Of a stretch of 64,000 bases of DNA, positions 1-9,848 are shown one piece after another (position 1 is the stretch's first letter; each line of letters opens with the position of its first letter). The notes under the pieces were generated by a model. The model saw nothing but the letters and a program-made list of their open reading frames with translations. It was not told the DNA's origin and ran no database searches. The DNA is from an uncultured Spirochaetaceae bacterium. Lineage in GTDB: Bacteria; Spirochaetota; Spirochaetia; DSM-27196; SKKC01. Location: contig CAZMEV010000001.1 of the NCBI GenBank assembly GCA_964565375.1, positions 1,638 to 65,637 on the forward strand, given 5' to 3'. The position numbers and the translations under genes were made by a program.

Positions 1-380
1 CGCTTATAATAGAGGCGACGAATCGCTACGAAACGCTGATCGCTAATACGCTTTCCGATGCGCTGTCACTGGTGGAGGGAACCGACCCGCGATGGGTAAA
101 GGTGCTTCCCGATACCTTTCATATGAATATAGAAGAGGCGGATATGGGCTCGGCACTCGAGTCGGCAATACCGCGGCTTATGAACATCCACCTTTCGGAG
201 AACAACCGTACGCTTCCGGGCCGTGGTGGGTTCGAGTTTCCTTCGTTCCTGCGGATGCTTGATGAGCTTGGCTATGCGGGCCGGCTTGCAATGGAGGGTA
301 ACCTCGTTGGTGACGAGGCGGAGGATGTGCCTCGGGCGGCAGGGTTTGTGTACGAGTGCTGGGAGGAATCAAATGGCTGA
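1..380 (+). CDS. Sugar phosphate isomerase/epimerase-like (xylose-isomerase-like TIM barrel) protein, C-terminal part; 5' end is outside the window
   Basis: Frame 3 is open from nt 3 to the TGA at 378-380. The tail FHMNIEE...IHLSENNRTLPGRGGFEFPSFLRMLDELGYAGRLAMEG resembles the last metal-binding strands of AP-endonuclease-2/IolE-type TIM barrels. The stop overlaps the next ATG. Confidence 0.55.
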   Translation, partial: LIIEATNRYETLIANTLSDALSLVEGTDPRWVKVLPDTFHMNIEEADMGSALESAIPRLMNIHLSENNRTLPGRGGFEFPSFLRMLDELGYAGRLAMEGNLVGDEAEDVPRAAGFVYECWEESNG

Positions 381-1404
381 CAGAATACGTTTCGCGGTAT
401 TGGGCGCCGGCCGGATCGGATCGCTTCATACGGAGCTGCTCTGCACGCGTGTTCCGGAGGCTGATGTTGTCGCTGTGGCGGATATCTATATCGATGCGGC
501 GCGTACGCTTGCCGATCGCTTTGGTATTTCCGGCGCCTGCACTTCGGTTGACGAGTTAATCACGGAGTACAGCCCGGATGTGCTGCTTGTCTGCGCGAGT
601 ACCGGTACCCATGAAGAGGCTATTCTGAAGTGTGCGGAGGCGAAGGTTGATGTTTTCGTCGAAAAGCCGCTTGCTCCGGACATTGCGGCTATCGAGCGGA
701 TTCGCTCCGCGGTCGAGAGAAGCGGCATATATCTGCAGGTTGGATTCAACCGCAGGTTCGACCCGAGCTATGCCCGAGTGCACGAGGCGATTCGAACCGG
801 CGAGGTGGGAACGCTTCATTCGGTTCGCCTCATCAGTCGTGATCCGGAAATGCCTCCGGTGGAATACCTCGCGGATTCCGGTGGACTGTTCATGGATATG
901 GCGATCCACGATTTCGATATGGTCCGTTTCCTCGTCGGCGAGGAACCGAAGGAGGTGTATGCCTTCGGCGAGCGACTGATTGATTCGCGCCTTGAGCAGT
1001 ACGACGATATTGACTCGGCGGTCACAACCCTGCGCTTTCCAAGCGGTGCGTTCGCTACGATAGAAAACTCCCGCCAGGCGGTGTTCGGCTACGATCAACG
1101 CGCGGAAGCGTTCGGGTCAGGTGGAATGGCGGCGACCGATAATGTCTACCCGAACAGTGCTACGTTGTCGGGGCCGGGCGGCATTTCGCGGGATCTTCCG
1201 TTGCGCTTCTTTCTCGAGCGATATCAGGCATCGTATCTCAGCGAGCTTGAAGTGCTGTGCCGGGCCGTGCGCGAACGAGCCCGCGCTCCGGTCGATACGA
1301 TTGACGGCCGGGAATCGGTGGTGCTCGCCATGGCGGCTGAGCGGTCGCGAAAGAGCGGTGCGCCGGTGAACATGGCGGAGTTCCGGTCGGAGCTCAAGCT
1401 GTAA
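373..1404 (+). CDS. Gfo/Idh/MocA-family NAD(P)-dependent oxidoreductase, myo-inositol 2-dehydrogenase-like
   Basis: Rossmann start IRFAVLGAGRIGSLH, EKP motif VFVEKPLA and C-terminal GGLFMDMAIHDFD domain. GGAGG lies about 6 nt upstream of ATG 373. The ORF-track start at 223 is an upstream run-on overlapping the previous gene. Confidence 0.8.
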   Translation: MADRIRFAVLGAGRIGSLHTELLCTRVPEADVVAVADIYIDAARTLADRFGISGACTSVDELITEYSPDVLLVCASTGTHEEAILKCAEAKVDVFVEKPLAPDIAAIERIRSAVERSGIYLQVGFNRRFDPSYARVHEAIRTGEVGTLHSVRLISRDPEMPPVEYLADSGGLFMDMAIHDFDMVRFLVGEEPKEVYAFGERLIDSRLEQYDDIDSAVTTLRFPSGAFATIENSRQAVFGYDQRAEAFGSGGMAATDNVYPNSATLSGPGGISRDLPLRFFLERYQASYLSELEVLCRAVRERARAPVDTIDGRESVVLAMAAERSRKSGAPVNMAEFRSELKL

Positions 1405-1475
1405 ATCCGAGATGTAAATCTGGCGTTCAATGTCGCTATGACTTCGCCGCGCATGGGTTCCTGTCGCCGGCGTGC

Positions 1476-2309
1476 TTACACCTCGCCAACCCGGTACACG
1501 GTTTGGTCGGCTCGCACCGCGTCGAGTACTCCGTCGCAGATTTCGTCGTGGCTCAGGTAGTTTCCGGACTCATTGCGGCCGAGAATTATGGCCCGGTAGG
1601 CGATATGCGAGAGCAGGGAGCAGCTGCGACGGTACAGTTCGACGTTTGCTCCCGGATCGCCTGAGACGCTGCTGTGCACGTGAAAAAAGCGGCAGACCGC
1701 CCTCGGTTTGCCGGGATCCCGGCCGAGAAGATCTGCCTCCGAGGTTGCTCCGTGAATGAGATATTCCCAGGGGTCGTCCGCGCCGGTCGTTGGAAAGGGG
1801 CTGGCTTGTCCCTCACCGGGCTCTTTCGGCAGCGTCGGATCCTGCCCTGCGGTTTCTCCGTACACGGTGCCGGTAACCGGTTCGTCGGGAGACGGCTTGT
1901 CGGGGAAGTATTCCGGATCAACCATTGCCCGCTGTTCCTCGCTGAGGCTGCGGGAGATGATGTGGGCGGTGTGCTGTGGGCCCTCCGGCGCGGTGTCGTG
2001 CATCCATACAAGGGCAAGGGTGGGTGCACCCCGCTCGGCAAATGCCACCGTAAGGGCCGCCTCGTATGCGGCTTCATCCGTATAATCGCAGACCAAAGGA
2101 AATATTCTCGGGTGTTCGGCGGCAAGGCGCTCGAGCCGTTCGGCGTTGCGGGCCACGACCGATACCCGCCACCCGGCGTTGGCCAGTCCTCGAACGGCGC
2201 CCGCGAGCATTCCACTGGCCCCGACTGCCAGAGCATGGGACGGAACGGGAACGGTGCCTAGCGGCTGGGTAACCGGGCGTGCCTGTGTCTGTTGTTGGTA
2301 ACGAGCCAT
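1476..2309 (-). CDS. Hypothetical Rossmann-fold (short-chain dehydrogenase-like) NAD(P)-binding protein with an acidic/Pro-rich insert
   Basis: VGASGMLAGAVRGLANAGWRVSVVARN resembles the dinucleotide-binding turn of SDRs. I saw no clear YxxxK catalytic motif, so the function is left open. Confidence 0.45.
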   Translation of the reverse strand: MARYQQQTQARPVTQPLGTVPVPSHALAVGASGMLAGAVRGLANAGWRVSVVARNAERLERLAAEHPRIFPLVCDYTDEAAYEAALTVAFAERGAPTLALVWMHDTAPEGPQHTAHIISRSLSEEQRAMVDPEYFPDKPSPDEPVTGTVYGETAGQDPTLPKEPGEGQASPFPTTGADDPWEYLIHGATSEADLLGRDPGKPRAVCRFFHVHSSVSGDPGANVELYRRSCSLLSHIAYRAIILGRNESGNYLSHDEICDGVLDAVRADQTVYRVGEV

Positions 2310-2397
2310 CTGTCCCCCTTCAGGCGATGCCCCCCGGCCTTCGCCCGTTCCGCGTGCTGCTGCCGTCTCAACCGCAGCTTACCACGACGGTGCAGTA

Positions 2398-3303
2398 TTA
2401 ATCGATCAGTCGCCGTCGCAGCCGCTTCAGTGCCACAAATCCGAACAGAAGAATGAAGCCTATGATGTAGGTAATATCCCACAGATGAATCAGTTCGAAC
2501 TCTACAAAGGTGAACGCCCGTACGAGACGCACCGAGTGGGTCAACGGGACAATTTCAGTTATAGGGCGTGCTGCCGCCGGCAGGTTCTCCACCGGGAACA
2601 CAACACCGGAGAAGAAAAACATGGGTGAAATAAAGGCTGAGAAGTAGAAGTTAAAATGATTAATGGTTTTCACAAAACTCGTGATCGAAAGCGACAGGCA
2701 GCCGAACATGAGGCCGGTAAGAAACCCGATAAACGGCGCGATTAGAACCTGCGCAAGCGGGAGTATGCCGAACGCCGCGATAATAATGGACACGCTCAGG
2801 GTAAAAATGAACCCCTTCGACGCCGCCCACAGCATTTCTCCGACGATCAGGTCGTGCGCGCTCAACGGTGAGCCGAGCATGCCCTGATAGACCTTATCGA
2901 ATTCCAGCCTGATAAAGGTTCCGAAGCTGCACTCAAATGCCGCGGTAAACATGGCCGCGGTGACAAGCAGGCCGCTTCCGAGGTACTGGATATAGGGAAC
3001 ACCGTTCATCTCCGAAACGTATTCACCGAGCCCGAGGCCGATTCCTACGAGAAAGATCAGCGGCTCGAGAAACGGCGGCATGGCGTTACTGAACAGGTTG
3101 CGGGAATACACGCGCACGTGTCGAAGCCACACACTGTATATGCGATGCACGTAGGACGGAGCGCGGTGCGACAGATGGTGTTGCGGCGCCTTCGGGTGGT
3201 GCTGTCCGTTTCCCTGGGATTCTTCCCTCGAGGCTGCGGTCGAGGGTGCAGGATGTTCGGATTGTCTGTTTCGTTCGCCGGTTGTTGCGCTACTGGAGCT
3301 CAT
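2398..3303 (-). CDS. ABC-2 type transporter permease (NodJ/DrrB-like) with a ~55-aa low-complexity N-terminal extension
   Basis: About six hydrophobic segments follow IYSVWLRHVRVYSRN, typical of the ABC-2 membrane domain. It overlaps the upstream ATPase gene by 14 nt. Confidence 0.75.
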   Translation of the reverse strand: MSSSSATTGERNRQSEHPAPSTAASREESQGNGQHHPKAPQHHLSHRAPSYVHRIYSVWLRHVRVYSRNLFSNAMPPFLEPLIFLVGIGLGLGEYVSEMNGVPYIQYLGSGLLVTAAMFTAAFECSFGTFIRLEFDKVYQGMLGSPLSAHDLIVGEMLWAASKGFIFTLSVSIIIAAFGILPLAQVLIAPFIGFLTGLMFGCLSLSITSFVKTINHFNFYFSAFISPMFFFSGVVFPVENLPAAARPITEIVPLTHSVRLVRAFTFVEFELIHLWDITYIIGFILLFGFVALKRLRRRLID

Positions 3304-4225
3304 TTAATCCCCTCCCGGTCGCCTTTATAAAAAGGTCTTCGAGATTTACTGGTCTGAGTATGTAGTCGTACTGGTCGAGATTACGCGCCATGTGCCGAAG
3401 CAGGCGTTCGTCATTCGAATAGTAAAAGACCCGGTGGCCGAAGTCGTCCTTCCTCCATCCCGCTGAACCCCCGGCGGCATGTTCGATTTCATCTGCGCGG
3501 TTTGAAGCGAGCAGTTCAAGTACATGCTGTTCGATATTCTGCTCGAGTAATGCCCGCGGAGCTCCTTCGAGCACCGCTCGTCCCTTATCCATAATGATCA
3601 CGTTATCTGACAGCTGATAGGCCTCATCCATATAGTGCGTTGTCAGAAGAATTGTAACGCCGCGTTCTTTGAGGCTGCGAAGTTTTTCCCAGATAGCCTG
3701 GCGCACCTGCGGGTCGAGTCCTGTCGTCGGCTCGTCGAGGATGAGAAGCTCGGGGTTATTCAGAAGCGCCCGGGCTATAATGAGGCGCCGCTGCATACCT
3801 CCGGACAGCTCGCGCACCCGGCCGCTTCGCTTCGCTCCCAGCTCCATGAAGTCCAGCAGATACTCGATCTGCTGTTCAATAAACTTCTTCGGTAGTCCGT
3901 AGAAGGTCGCGTAGTTCCTCAGATTCTGTTCTACGTTCAACTCCAGATCAAGGTTATCTTCCTGGGGAACAACACCGCTCTTTGCCTTTACCTCAAGCGG
4001 TTCCTTTCTCGGATCGAATGAGAAAACCCGCATACTGGTATCGGGATGGTGATCGGCGGTTGCCCGACCATAGAGAACTTTCATGGTCGATGTTTTTCCC
4101 GCACCGTTGGGCCCGAGGAAAGATGCGCACGTCGCCGGTTCCACACTGAAACTTACATCGTCAACAGCACGGAAACGGCCATAACTTTTATACAGGTGAG
4201 AGACTTCGATAACAGGATTGCTCAT
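3290..4225 (-). CDS. ABC transporter ATP-binding protein (NodI/DrrA-like partner of the ABC-2 permease)
   Basis: Walker A GPNGAGKTST, signature LSGGMQRRLIIA, Walker B LLILDEPTTGLD and an H-loop TTHYMDE. Confidence 0.9.
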   Translation of the reverse strand: MSNPVIEVSHLYKSYGRFRAVDDVSFSVEPATCASFLGPNGAGKTSTMKVLYGRATADHHPDTSMRVFSFDPRKEPLEVKAKSGVVPQEDNLDLELNVEQNLRNYATFYGLPKKFIEQQIEYLLDFMELGAKRSGRVRELSGGMQRRLIIARALLNNPELLILDEPTTGLDPQVRQAIWEKLRSLKERGVTILLTTHYMDEAYQLSDNVIIMDKGRAVLEGAPRALLEQNIEQHVLELLASNRADEIEHAAGGSAGWRKDDFGHRVFYYSNDERLLRHMARNLDQYDYILRPVNLEDLFIKATGRGLNELQ

Positions 4226-4361
4226 GACTCAGCCTGAATGTACATGGAATACCGCGCAAAAGGAAAGTCACAGGGTCAAACACGCTGCTTTTGTCCCGGT
4301 ATTCAATGCAACTGAACGACGTTGAATATGACGAGGGGAACAACGTACAATCCCGACCGTT

Positions 4362-5708
4362 GTGCCGTATTCAGCATCTTCTGCGAGGCGTCTTCAACGA
4401 AGCCGTTACACTGTACTTTCCATGAGCCTTATCCCGCTTCTTGCAGCGACCATATTCGCAGGCCTGCCGGCGTTCATGGGTGATCCCCCGCACGGCCGTT
4501 CGCTGCCCGCTGTTCCTGAGGGACCTGCAGCGGGTGATCAGCCACAACGGGTGAGCGCATTCGACAGTCGGCCCGGGGTGCCGGCGAGTTTTGACGAGCA
4601 TACCGCCGATTCGGCTGTGCTTATCGATCTCGAACAGGATGAACCGCTGTACGAGCGGAACGCCGATGCCCCCCGTGCCGCGGCCTCGTTGACGAAGATC
4701 GTTGCGATGTATGTTGTTCTCGATGAACTCGAGCGCGGGTCGATTTCCATAGACGATACGGTTACTCCCGATCCCCGAGCAGACTGGCGCCGAATGCCTG
4801 CGGGCAGCAGTCTCATGTTTCTGCGTGAGGGCGAATCGGTATCCTGGCACGAGCTGCTGCTCGGCCTGGCTGTTGCTTCCGGCAACGACGCTGCCTACGC
4901 GGTGGCATACGAAATATCCGGAAGCATCGAGTCGTTCGCCGAGCGTATGAATGATGCCGTCGAGCGCGCCGGTATTGATGGGCTGCACTTCACCGAGCCT
5001 TCCGGAATCGCTTCGGACAACGAAATAAATGCAGCGGCGTTCGCAGAATTTCTGCGCCACTACATCCGTCGGTTTCCCGAAGCGATAGCCGAGTATCATG
5101 CGCGGGAGTCGGTCTCGTTTCCCAAAAACGGTCGCGAGCCGGTCCCGGGAGCTGCCGAGTTCCGCAATCGAAACCGGCTTGTCTCCGAGTTTAACGGGGC
5201 CGATGGTCTTAAAACCGGCTACATCCGGGCAAGCGGATATAATCTGGCGGGGAGCGCTGAACGCGACGGCAGACGCCTGGTTTCGGTCGTTCTCGGTGTG
5301 GAAGGCAACTCCCACAATGAAGGCGGGCGCCGGCGCGCAGAGGAAGCAGGGGATATTCTCGATTATGGTTTCGATGCGTTTTCCTACGCCGAGCTGGAAC
5401 TGAACGGCTCTCCGCAGGTGCGCGTTGCCGGGGCGGACAGCGTGCGTGTACACATGCCGCCGGTCCGCATGCTGACGGCAGGCGGGGGGCAGGAGCCGCG
5501 TGCTCGACTGCATCTGGTATCCGAGCTGCGTGGCCCCATCTCGCGGGGTGACCCTGTTGGTTATGTGGATGTATTCCTTGGACAGCGGCAGGTTGCCTGG
5601 CAGCCGGTATTCGCGGCAGAAAACGTTCCCGTCGGCCGCGGGCTTGTGGATCGGCTTTCGCACACCGCTGCCTGGTGGCGTGGTGTCCCGAGGCCCGGAT
5701 CAGAGTAG
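4362..5708 (+). CDS. D-alanyl-D-alanine carboxypeptidase (PBP5/6-type, peptidase S11)
   Basis: SxxK (SLTKIV), SxN (ASGNDAA) and KTG (GLKTGYI) motifs occur in the correct order. The N-terminal Arg-rich n-region plus hydrophobic segment supports the GTG 4362 start, with ATG 4422 as an alternative. Confidence 0.85.
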   Translation: MPYSASSARRLQRSRYTVLSMSLIPLLAATIFAGLPAFMGDPPHGRSLPAVPEGPAAGDQPQRVSAFDSRPGVPASFDEHTADSAVLIDLEQDEPLYERNADAPRAAASLTKIVAMYVVLDELERGSISIDDTVTPDPRADWRRMPAGSSLMFLREGESVSWHELLLGLAVASGNDAAYAVAYEISGSIESFAERMNDAVERAGIDGLHFTEPSGIASDNEINAAAFAEFLRHYIRRFPEAIAEYHARESVSFPKNGREPVPGAAEFRNRNRLVSEFNGADGLKTGYIRASGYNLAGSAERDGRRLVSVVLGVEGNSHNEGGRRRAEEAGDILDYGFDAFSYAELELNGSPQVRVAGADSVRVHMPPVRMLTAGGGQEPRARLHLVSELRGPISRGDPVGYVDVFLGQRQVAWQPVFAAENVPVGRGLVDRLSHTAAWWRGVPRPGSE

Positions 5709-5827
5709 GAAAGGCCTGCTTGCCTCCGCCCGCGTATACGCGCGGGTACCGTCACATCGGGGAGGCCGGCCGCAGCGCCGGGGCAGAACATCAACCTAAA
5801 TTACTCCTCTGGAAAATTTTTATCCAC

Positions 5828-5856
5828 TTGCTTGGACGAAGTCAGCCCGGTATTAT
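5828..5856 (+). promoter_or_regulatory. Candidate sigma70-type promoter for the superoxide dismutase gene
   Basis: TTGCTT (5828-5833), a 17-nt spacer and TATTAT (5851-5856). It is followed by GGAGGA at 5881-5886 and ATG at 5891. Confidence 0.4.
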
Positions 5857-5890
5857 TACACTCACTATACACCCAGGATAGGAGGATACT

Positions 5891-6493
5891 ATGGCATTTA
5901 CATTACCAGAACTTCCGTACGCCTATAACGCGCTCGAGCCGCACATCGACGAGCAGACGATGCGCATTCATCATGATAAGCACCACGCCGGCTACGTGAA
6001 CAAACTCAACGCGGCGGTTGAGGGAACCGAATACGCCGATTGGCCGATCGAAAAGCTCATAAGTGAGCTCGAAAGTCTGCCGGAGAACCTTCGCACCCCG
6101 GTTCGAAACCATGGCGGTGGACATATTAACCACAGCCTCTTCTGGCCGGTTATGGCGCCGAACGGTGGTGGCCAGCCGGAAGGAGAGCTTGCGAGGGCTA
6201 TCGAAAGCACCTTCGGCAGCTTCGACGAGTTCAAGGATCAGTTTACGAAGGCTGCGACCGGCCGGTTCGGAAGCGGTTGGGCCTGGCTCGTTGTTTCCAA
6301 CGGAAAGCTTGAAATCATGAGCACGCCGAATCAGGATAATCCGCTGACACAGGGCAAGTCGCCGATTCTTGGACTCGATGTCTGGGAACATGCCTACTAT
6401 CTGAAGTATCAGAACCGCAGGCCGGAGTACATTGAGGCGTTCTTTAACGTTATCAACTGGAGCCAGGTCAGCAAGAATTTCGTGAACGCCTGA
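5891..6493 (+). CDS. sodA: Fe/Mn-family superoxide dismutase (Mn-type features)
   Basis: [32 protein letters not shown], metal ligands in HH...H and [19 protein letters not shown]. Full length at 200 aa, with a strong SD. Confidence 0.95.
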   Translation: MAFTLPELPYAYNALEPHIDEQTMRIHHDKHHAGYVNKLNAAVEGTEYADWPIEKLISELESLPENLRTPVRNHGGGHINHSLFWPVMAPNGGGQPEGELARAIESTFGSFDEFKDQFTKAATGRFGSGWAWLVVSNGKLEIMSTPNQDNPLTQGKSPILGLDVWEHAYYLKYQNRRPEYIEAFFNVINWSQVSKNFVNA

Positions 6494-6515
6494 AGCATTG
6501 CACGCATTTTCGGGT

Positions 6516-6550
6516 CCGGGGTCGTGTTTCATTCGACCCCGGCTTCGTTA
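6516..6550 (+). terminator. Candidate intrinsic terminator after sodA
   Basis: Perfect 9-bp stem CCGGGGTCG (6516-6524) / CGACCCCGG (6534-6542) with a 9-nt loop, followed by CTTCGTTA (weak U tract). Confidence 0.45.
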
Positions 6551-6748
6551 TGCGTTTCTCGTTGTGAGACATGGTGCGGCGGGACATCGACCTCCCCCAA
6601 AGTTTCTATTTCCCGTGGCTGCAAGCCGGCATAAGGCAGTTGTCGGCAGGCCGGCTAGTTTCTTCCTCGCAAAGAACCGATAGGAGACTGTCCTTCCTGG
6701 TTTGTCTCCTTGTATCCTTTGAGGAAAGTCCGTTACCTTATTAGATGT

Positions 6749-7693
6749 ATGGGATGGTTCCACCGAAGGGATACATCTGTCCTCCTCATATTGCTTCTCA
6801 TGTCGTTCGGGGCGGCCGCTTCGGGGCTTTCCGCACGGCATGCGCAGCCCGAAATTCCGGATAAGTTGAATGTGGCTCCCGGTGTCGAGTCAGTAGAGGT
6901 TACCCGGCTTGCCGCAAACGGGGAAAAGGATGAGGTCCGGCTGGCCGCGGCCCGCTATGACGAGCGCGGGCGCGTAGTCGAGCGTGACTCCTTCAGCGAT
7001 GGGACGTTTCAGTGGAGAAGTCTGTTCGAGTATGACGAGCGTGGCTTACTTACCCGGTGGCGCAGTGTGGACGCTGATGGGCGCGAGCAGTGGGAATATC
7101 GTTACAGGTACGATGAATACGGACGTCTTGAACGGGAGGTTTCATACGATTCGTTCGGTGACATGGACGGTATGCAGACCTACGAGTACGATGGGTTGCA
7201 GCTTCTCGAAGAAGCGGTTTACGGCGGCACTGGAGCACTGCAGTGGAGCCGTATCTACGAATACGAAACCGATCGTACCGAGAGGCGATGGCGCCTGCTG
7301 TATCCTGACGGCGGCCCGGTCAAGACGGTTACCGAATATCTCGATCGCTTCGGCCGGGTCGTGAGAGAGCATCACCGGGACGAGACCGAACAGCAGGGGG
7401 AAGTGTTCCGGCACGACTACGATGCGGCAGGACGTCGAGTGCGTACCCGCGTCGAACGGCCGGACGGGCAGTCGATACGGACAATTGAGCGAAGCTTCAA
7501 CAGTGCTGGTGATCTCACCGAAGAGGTGCGAAAAGAGTTCGCAGAGGAACTCGAGCAGATCCGGCGTTTTGAGTACCGTTACGATGAACAGCGGAACTGG
7601 ACTCGACGGCTTGAAGAAGTGGAAGTCCGGCGTGATGGTTCGGTTGTTCGCGAAGAACGCGAACTTATCGAACGTTCGTTAACGTATCACTAA
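6749..7693 (+). CDS. Small secreted YD/RHS-repeat-like protein
   Basis: Signal-like N-terminus MGWFHRRDTSVLLILLLMSFGAAASG. It is followed by repeated YDxxGR-type units (RYDERGRVVE, EYDERGLLT, RYDEYGRLE, YEYDGLQLL, DYDAAGRRV, YRYDEQRNW). The start could also be TTG 6710. Confidence 0.6.
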   Translation: MGWFHRRDTSVLLILLLMSFGAAASGLSARHAQPEIPDKLNVAPGVESVEVTRLAANGEKDEVRLAAARYDERGRVVERDSFSDGTFQWRSLFEYDERGLLTRWRSVDADGREQWEYRYRYDEYGRLEREVSYDSFGDMDGMQTYEYDGLQLLEEAVYGGTGALQWSRIYEYETDRTERRWRLLYPDGGPVKTVTEYLDRFGRVVREHHRDETEQQGEVFRHDYDAAGRRVRTRVERPDGQSIRTIERSFNSAGDLTEEVRKEFAEELEQIRRFEYRYDEQRNWTRRLEEVEVRRDGSVVREERELIERSLTYH

Positions 7694-7713
7694 GCGGGGT
7701 ATAAATTACAGAT

Positions 7714-8418
7714 ATGGCACGAGTGTTTGTCATCGAAGATAATCAGCTCATACGTGACGCGGTCAGTCAGTACTTTCAGATTGATGGGGACGAGGTTGTC
7801 GAGTTTCCCCATGCAAAAGGAGTGCTTGACAGCCTCGAAACTCAGGCACCGGATGTTATTATTCTGGACATCATGCTGCCGGATGAGAACGGCTTTGTTC
7901 TCGCAAAGCGGATTCGGCGCAGATCCAGTGTTCCGATTATTTTCCTTACCGCAAAGGAAGCCGAAAGTGATCGCATTACCGGCTTTGAAATCGGTGGCGA
8001 CGACTATGTTGTGAAGCCCTTTTCCACAAAAGAGCTGGTACTTCGCACCCGTGCCCTTCTCAAGCGAGCCCAGGGTGAGGGCGAGGAGGATGAAAGCGAG
8101 ACCGAATGGGAGCTCGACGGAAATCACCTGCTCATTGATACACGACGGCACAGGGCGCTGCTGAACGGGGAAGAATTATCCTTGACGGTAAGCGAATGGA
8201 AGATTCTCGCGTATCTTTCCTACAGGGACCAGGAAGTCTGCTCGCGGCGACAGATTCTCGGGGAATGCCTCGATTATCTTCACGAGGGGCCGGAACGCAC
8301 TGTCGACACGCACATTGCAAATTTACGCGGAAAGCTTGGTGCGAGCGAATGGGTCGAAACGGTTCGCGGATACGGGTATCGGTTCTGTGGTGTGAGGGCT
8401 TCGGAGAAACAGAAGTAG
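7714..8418 (+). CDS. OmpR-family two-component response regulator
   Basis: Receiver domain (VFVIEDN, DVIILDIMLPDENG, KPF) plus a winged-helix output domain (TVDTHIANLRGKL, RGYGYRF). Confidence 0.9.
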   Translation: MARVFVIEDNQLIRDAVSQYFQIDGDEVVEFPHAKGVLDSLETQAPDVIILDIMLPDENGFVLAKRIRRRSSVPIIFLTAKEAESDRITGFEIGGDDYVVKPFSTKELVLRTRALLKRAQGEGEEDESETEWELDGNHLLIDTRRHRALLNGEELSLTVSEWKILAYLSYRDQEVCSRRQILGECLDYLHEGPERTVDTHIANLRGKLGASEWVETVRGYGYRFCGVRASEKQK

Positions 8419-8425
8419 CGGTATC

Positions 8426-9793
8426 ATGAAAACGCTCTTTGCGCAGACATTTTCCGCGATACTCGGCTCACTGTTCGTCCTGCTTCTGCTTATGGGAGTT
8501 CTGTTTTCCCTGGGGGTGCGCCGAAGCATCAGCGACTGGAACTTCTATCGGGATCAGCGGCTTCAGAATGTGATTCTGCCGGTCCTCTCGCGCACATACC
8601 GGCAATATGGTCAGTTCGATCAGGAAAATGTAGAGCAAAGTGTTACGGACTTTCTTACCCAGAATCAGTTTGTATACGTGTTTAATGCCGACCGGGAGCC
8701 GGTGTTCCTGTATGCGCGAGGCGACATACTGGATCCGGCGGATTACGAAATGGCGGATTCCGGCAACATTCAGGATCTTCCCGGCGGGCGGCCTCCGTCG
8801 GCACTTGTCCAGAATGACGAAGTGGTCGGCTATCTGAGCGCCGGCTCACTCGGCTTTACCAGCGATCTTGCCAATCTTCGGTTTTTGCGCTCAATGGTTC
8901 TCTCAGCGGTTGTCGGAGTGCTTGTGAGCTTTGCTCTGGCAACCGGCGCAGCAGTCGTCTTCAGCCGGAATATGAGTCGACATGCGAGCAATCTCTCGGA
9001 AGGTCTCCGCCGGCTTGCTGACGGGGAACGCGATGTGCGGTTTCCCACGCGCGGAGCCCAGGAGCTGCAGAGTATTGGTGAATCGGCTACGGCACTGCAG
9101 GAACAGTTGTCAAACGAGGAGCGGCTGCGCCGGCAGTGGACTCAGGACATTGCTCATGATCTTCGTACTCCGGTAGCTGCCTTGAAAGCACAGTTCGAGC
9201 TTCTTCAGGAAGGGATTGTTGAGCCGACACCTGAGCGTCTTACCTCCGTGTACGGGGAGGTCGAGCGCATAGACGAGCTTGTCAACGATCTGCGTGAGCT
9301 CAGCCGGCTTGAGTCGCCCGAAATGAAACTCGAGACTGCGGAGATCGATCTGCCGACGTTTGTCCGGCGACTTGAAGGGCGTTTCAAACCACTTGCCGAT
9401 GAACGGGAAGTTACCCTCTCGGTCAGTGCCGAGGACGGTATGGTAGTAGCAGACGAACACATGCTCAGCAGAGCCTTATCGAATATACTCGTGAATGCTG
9501 TCCAGCATACCGACCGCGGTGGGGAAATTGTAGTTGAGGCATCTCAAATGAACGGGCAGGCATACTTCGACATATCGAACACGGGGTATATCGACGAGAA
9601 AGATATTCCGCACGTGTTCGATCGCCTGTATCGCGGCGAGAACAGCCGCGGCTCGCGGGGCAGCGGTCTCGGATTGTCGATAACGAAGGCCATTGCCGAG
9701 GCGCATAACGGAAGTGTTGCCATGCGGCAGAACGGGGACAAAACCGAGGTGCTTTTCTCGGTGAATGCCCACGGTCCGGCATGCGTGCGGTAA
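8426..9793 (+). CDS. Sensor histidine kinase (two TM segments, HAMP, HisKA, HATPase_c)
   Basis: H-box IAHDLRTPV, N-box LSNILVNAVQHT, DISNTG and GSGLGLSI. It lies directly downstream of the response regulator. Confidence 0.9.
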   Translation: MKTLFAQTFSAILGSLFVLLLLMGVLFSLGVRRSISDWNFYRDQRLQNVILPVLSRTYRQYGQFDQENVEQSVTDFLTQNQFVYVFNADREPVFLYARGDILDPADYEMADSGNIQDLPGGRPPSALVQNDEVVGYLSAGSLGFTSDLANLRFLRSMVLSAVVGVLVSFALATGAAVVFSRNMSRHASNLSEGLRRLADGERDVRFPTRGAQELQSIGESATALQEQLSNEERLRRQWTQDIAHDLRTPVAALKAQFELLQEGIVEPTPERLTSVYGEVERIDELVNDLRELSRLESPEMKLETAEIDLPTFVRRLEGRFKPLADEREVTLSVSAEDGMVVADEHMLSRALSNILVNAVQHTDRGGEIVVEASQMNGQAYFDISNTGYIDEKDIPHVFDRLYRGENSRGSRGSGLGLSITKAIAEAHNGSVAMRQNGDKTEVLFSVNAHGPACVR

Positions 9794-9848
9794 CCTGAAA
9801 CGCCGGTGTTTGCTCTGTAATACGTAGAATAAGGGTTATTAAGAACAC

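Noticed and set aside
223-372. Upstream extensions of several ORF-track entries (223..372; 32175..32258; 44002..44172; 46558..46962; 58453..58521)
   Set aside because: The extensions overlap the preceding gene or run through non-coding-looking sequence. Internal starts have SD sequences, ATGA coupling or create proper signal peptides, so I trimmed them.
4371-5663. 430-aa ORF antisense to the DD-carboxypeptidase gene
   Set aside because: It lies entirely opposite a gene with ordered SxxK/SxN/KTG motifs. Its translation is R/P/G/A-rich with no motifs, a typical high-GC shadow ORF.
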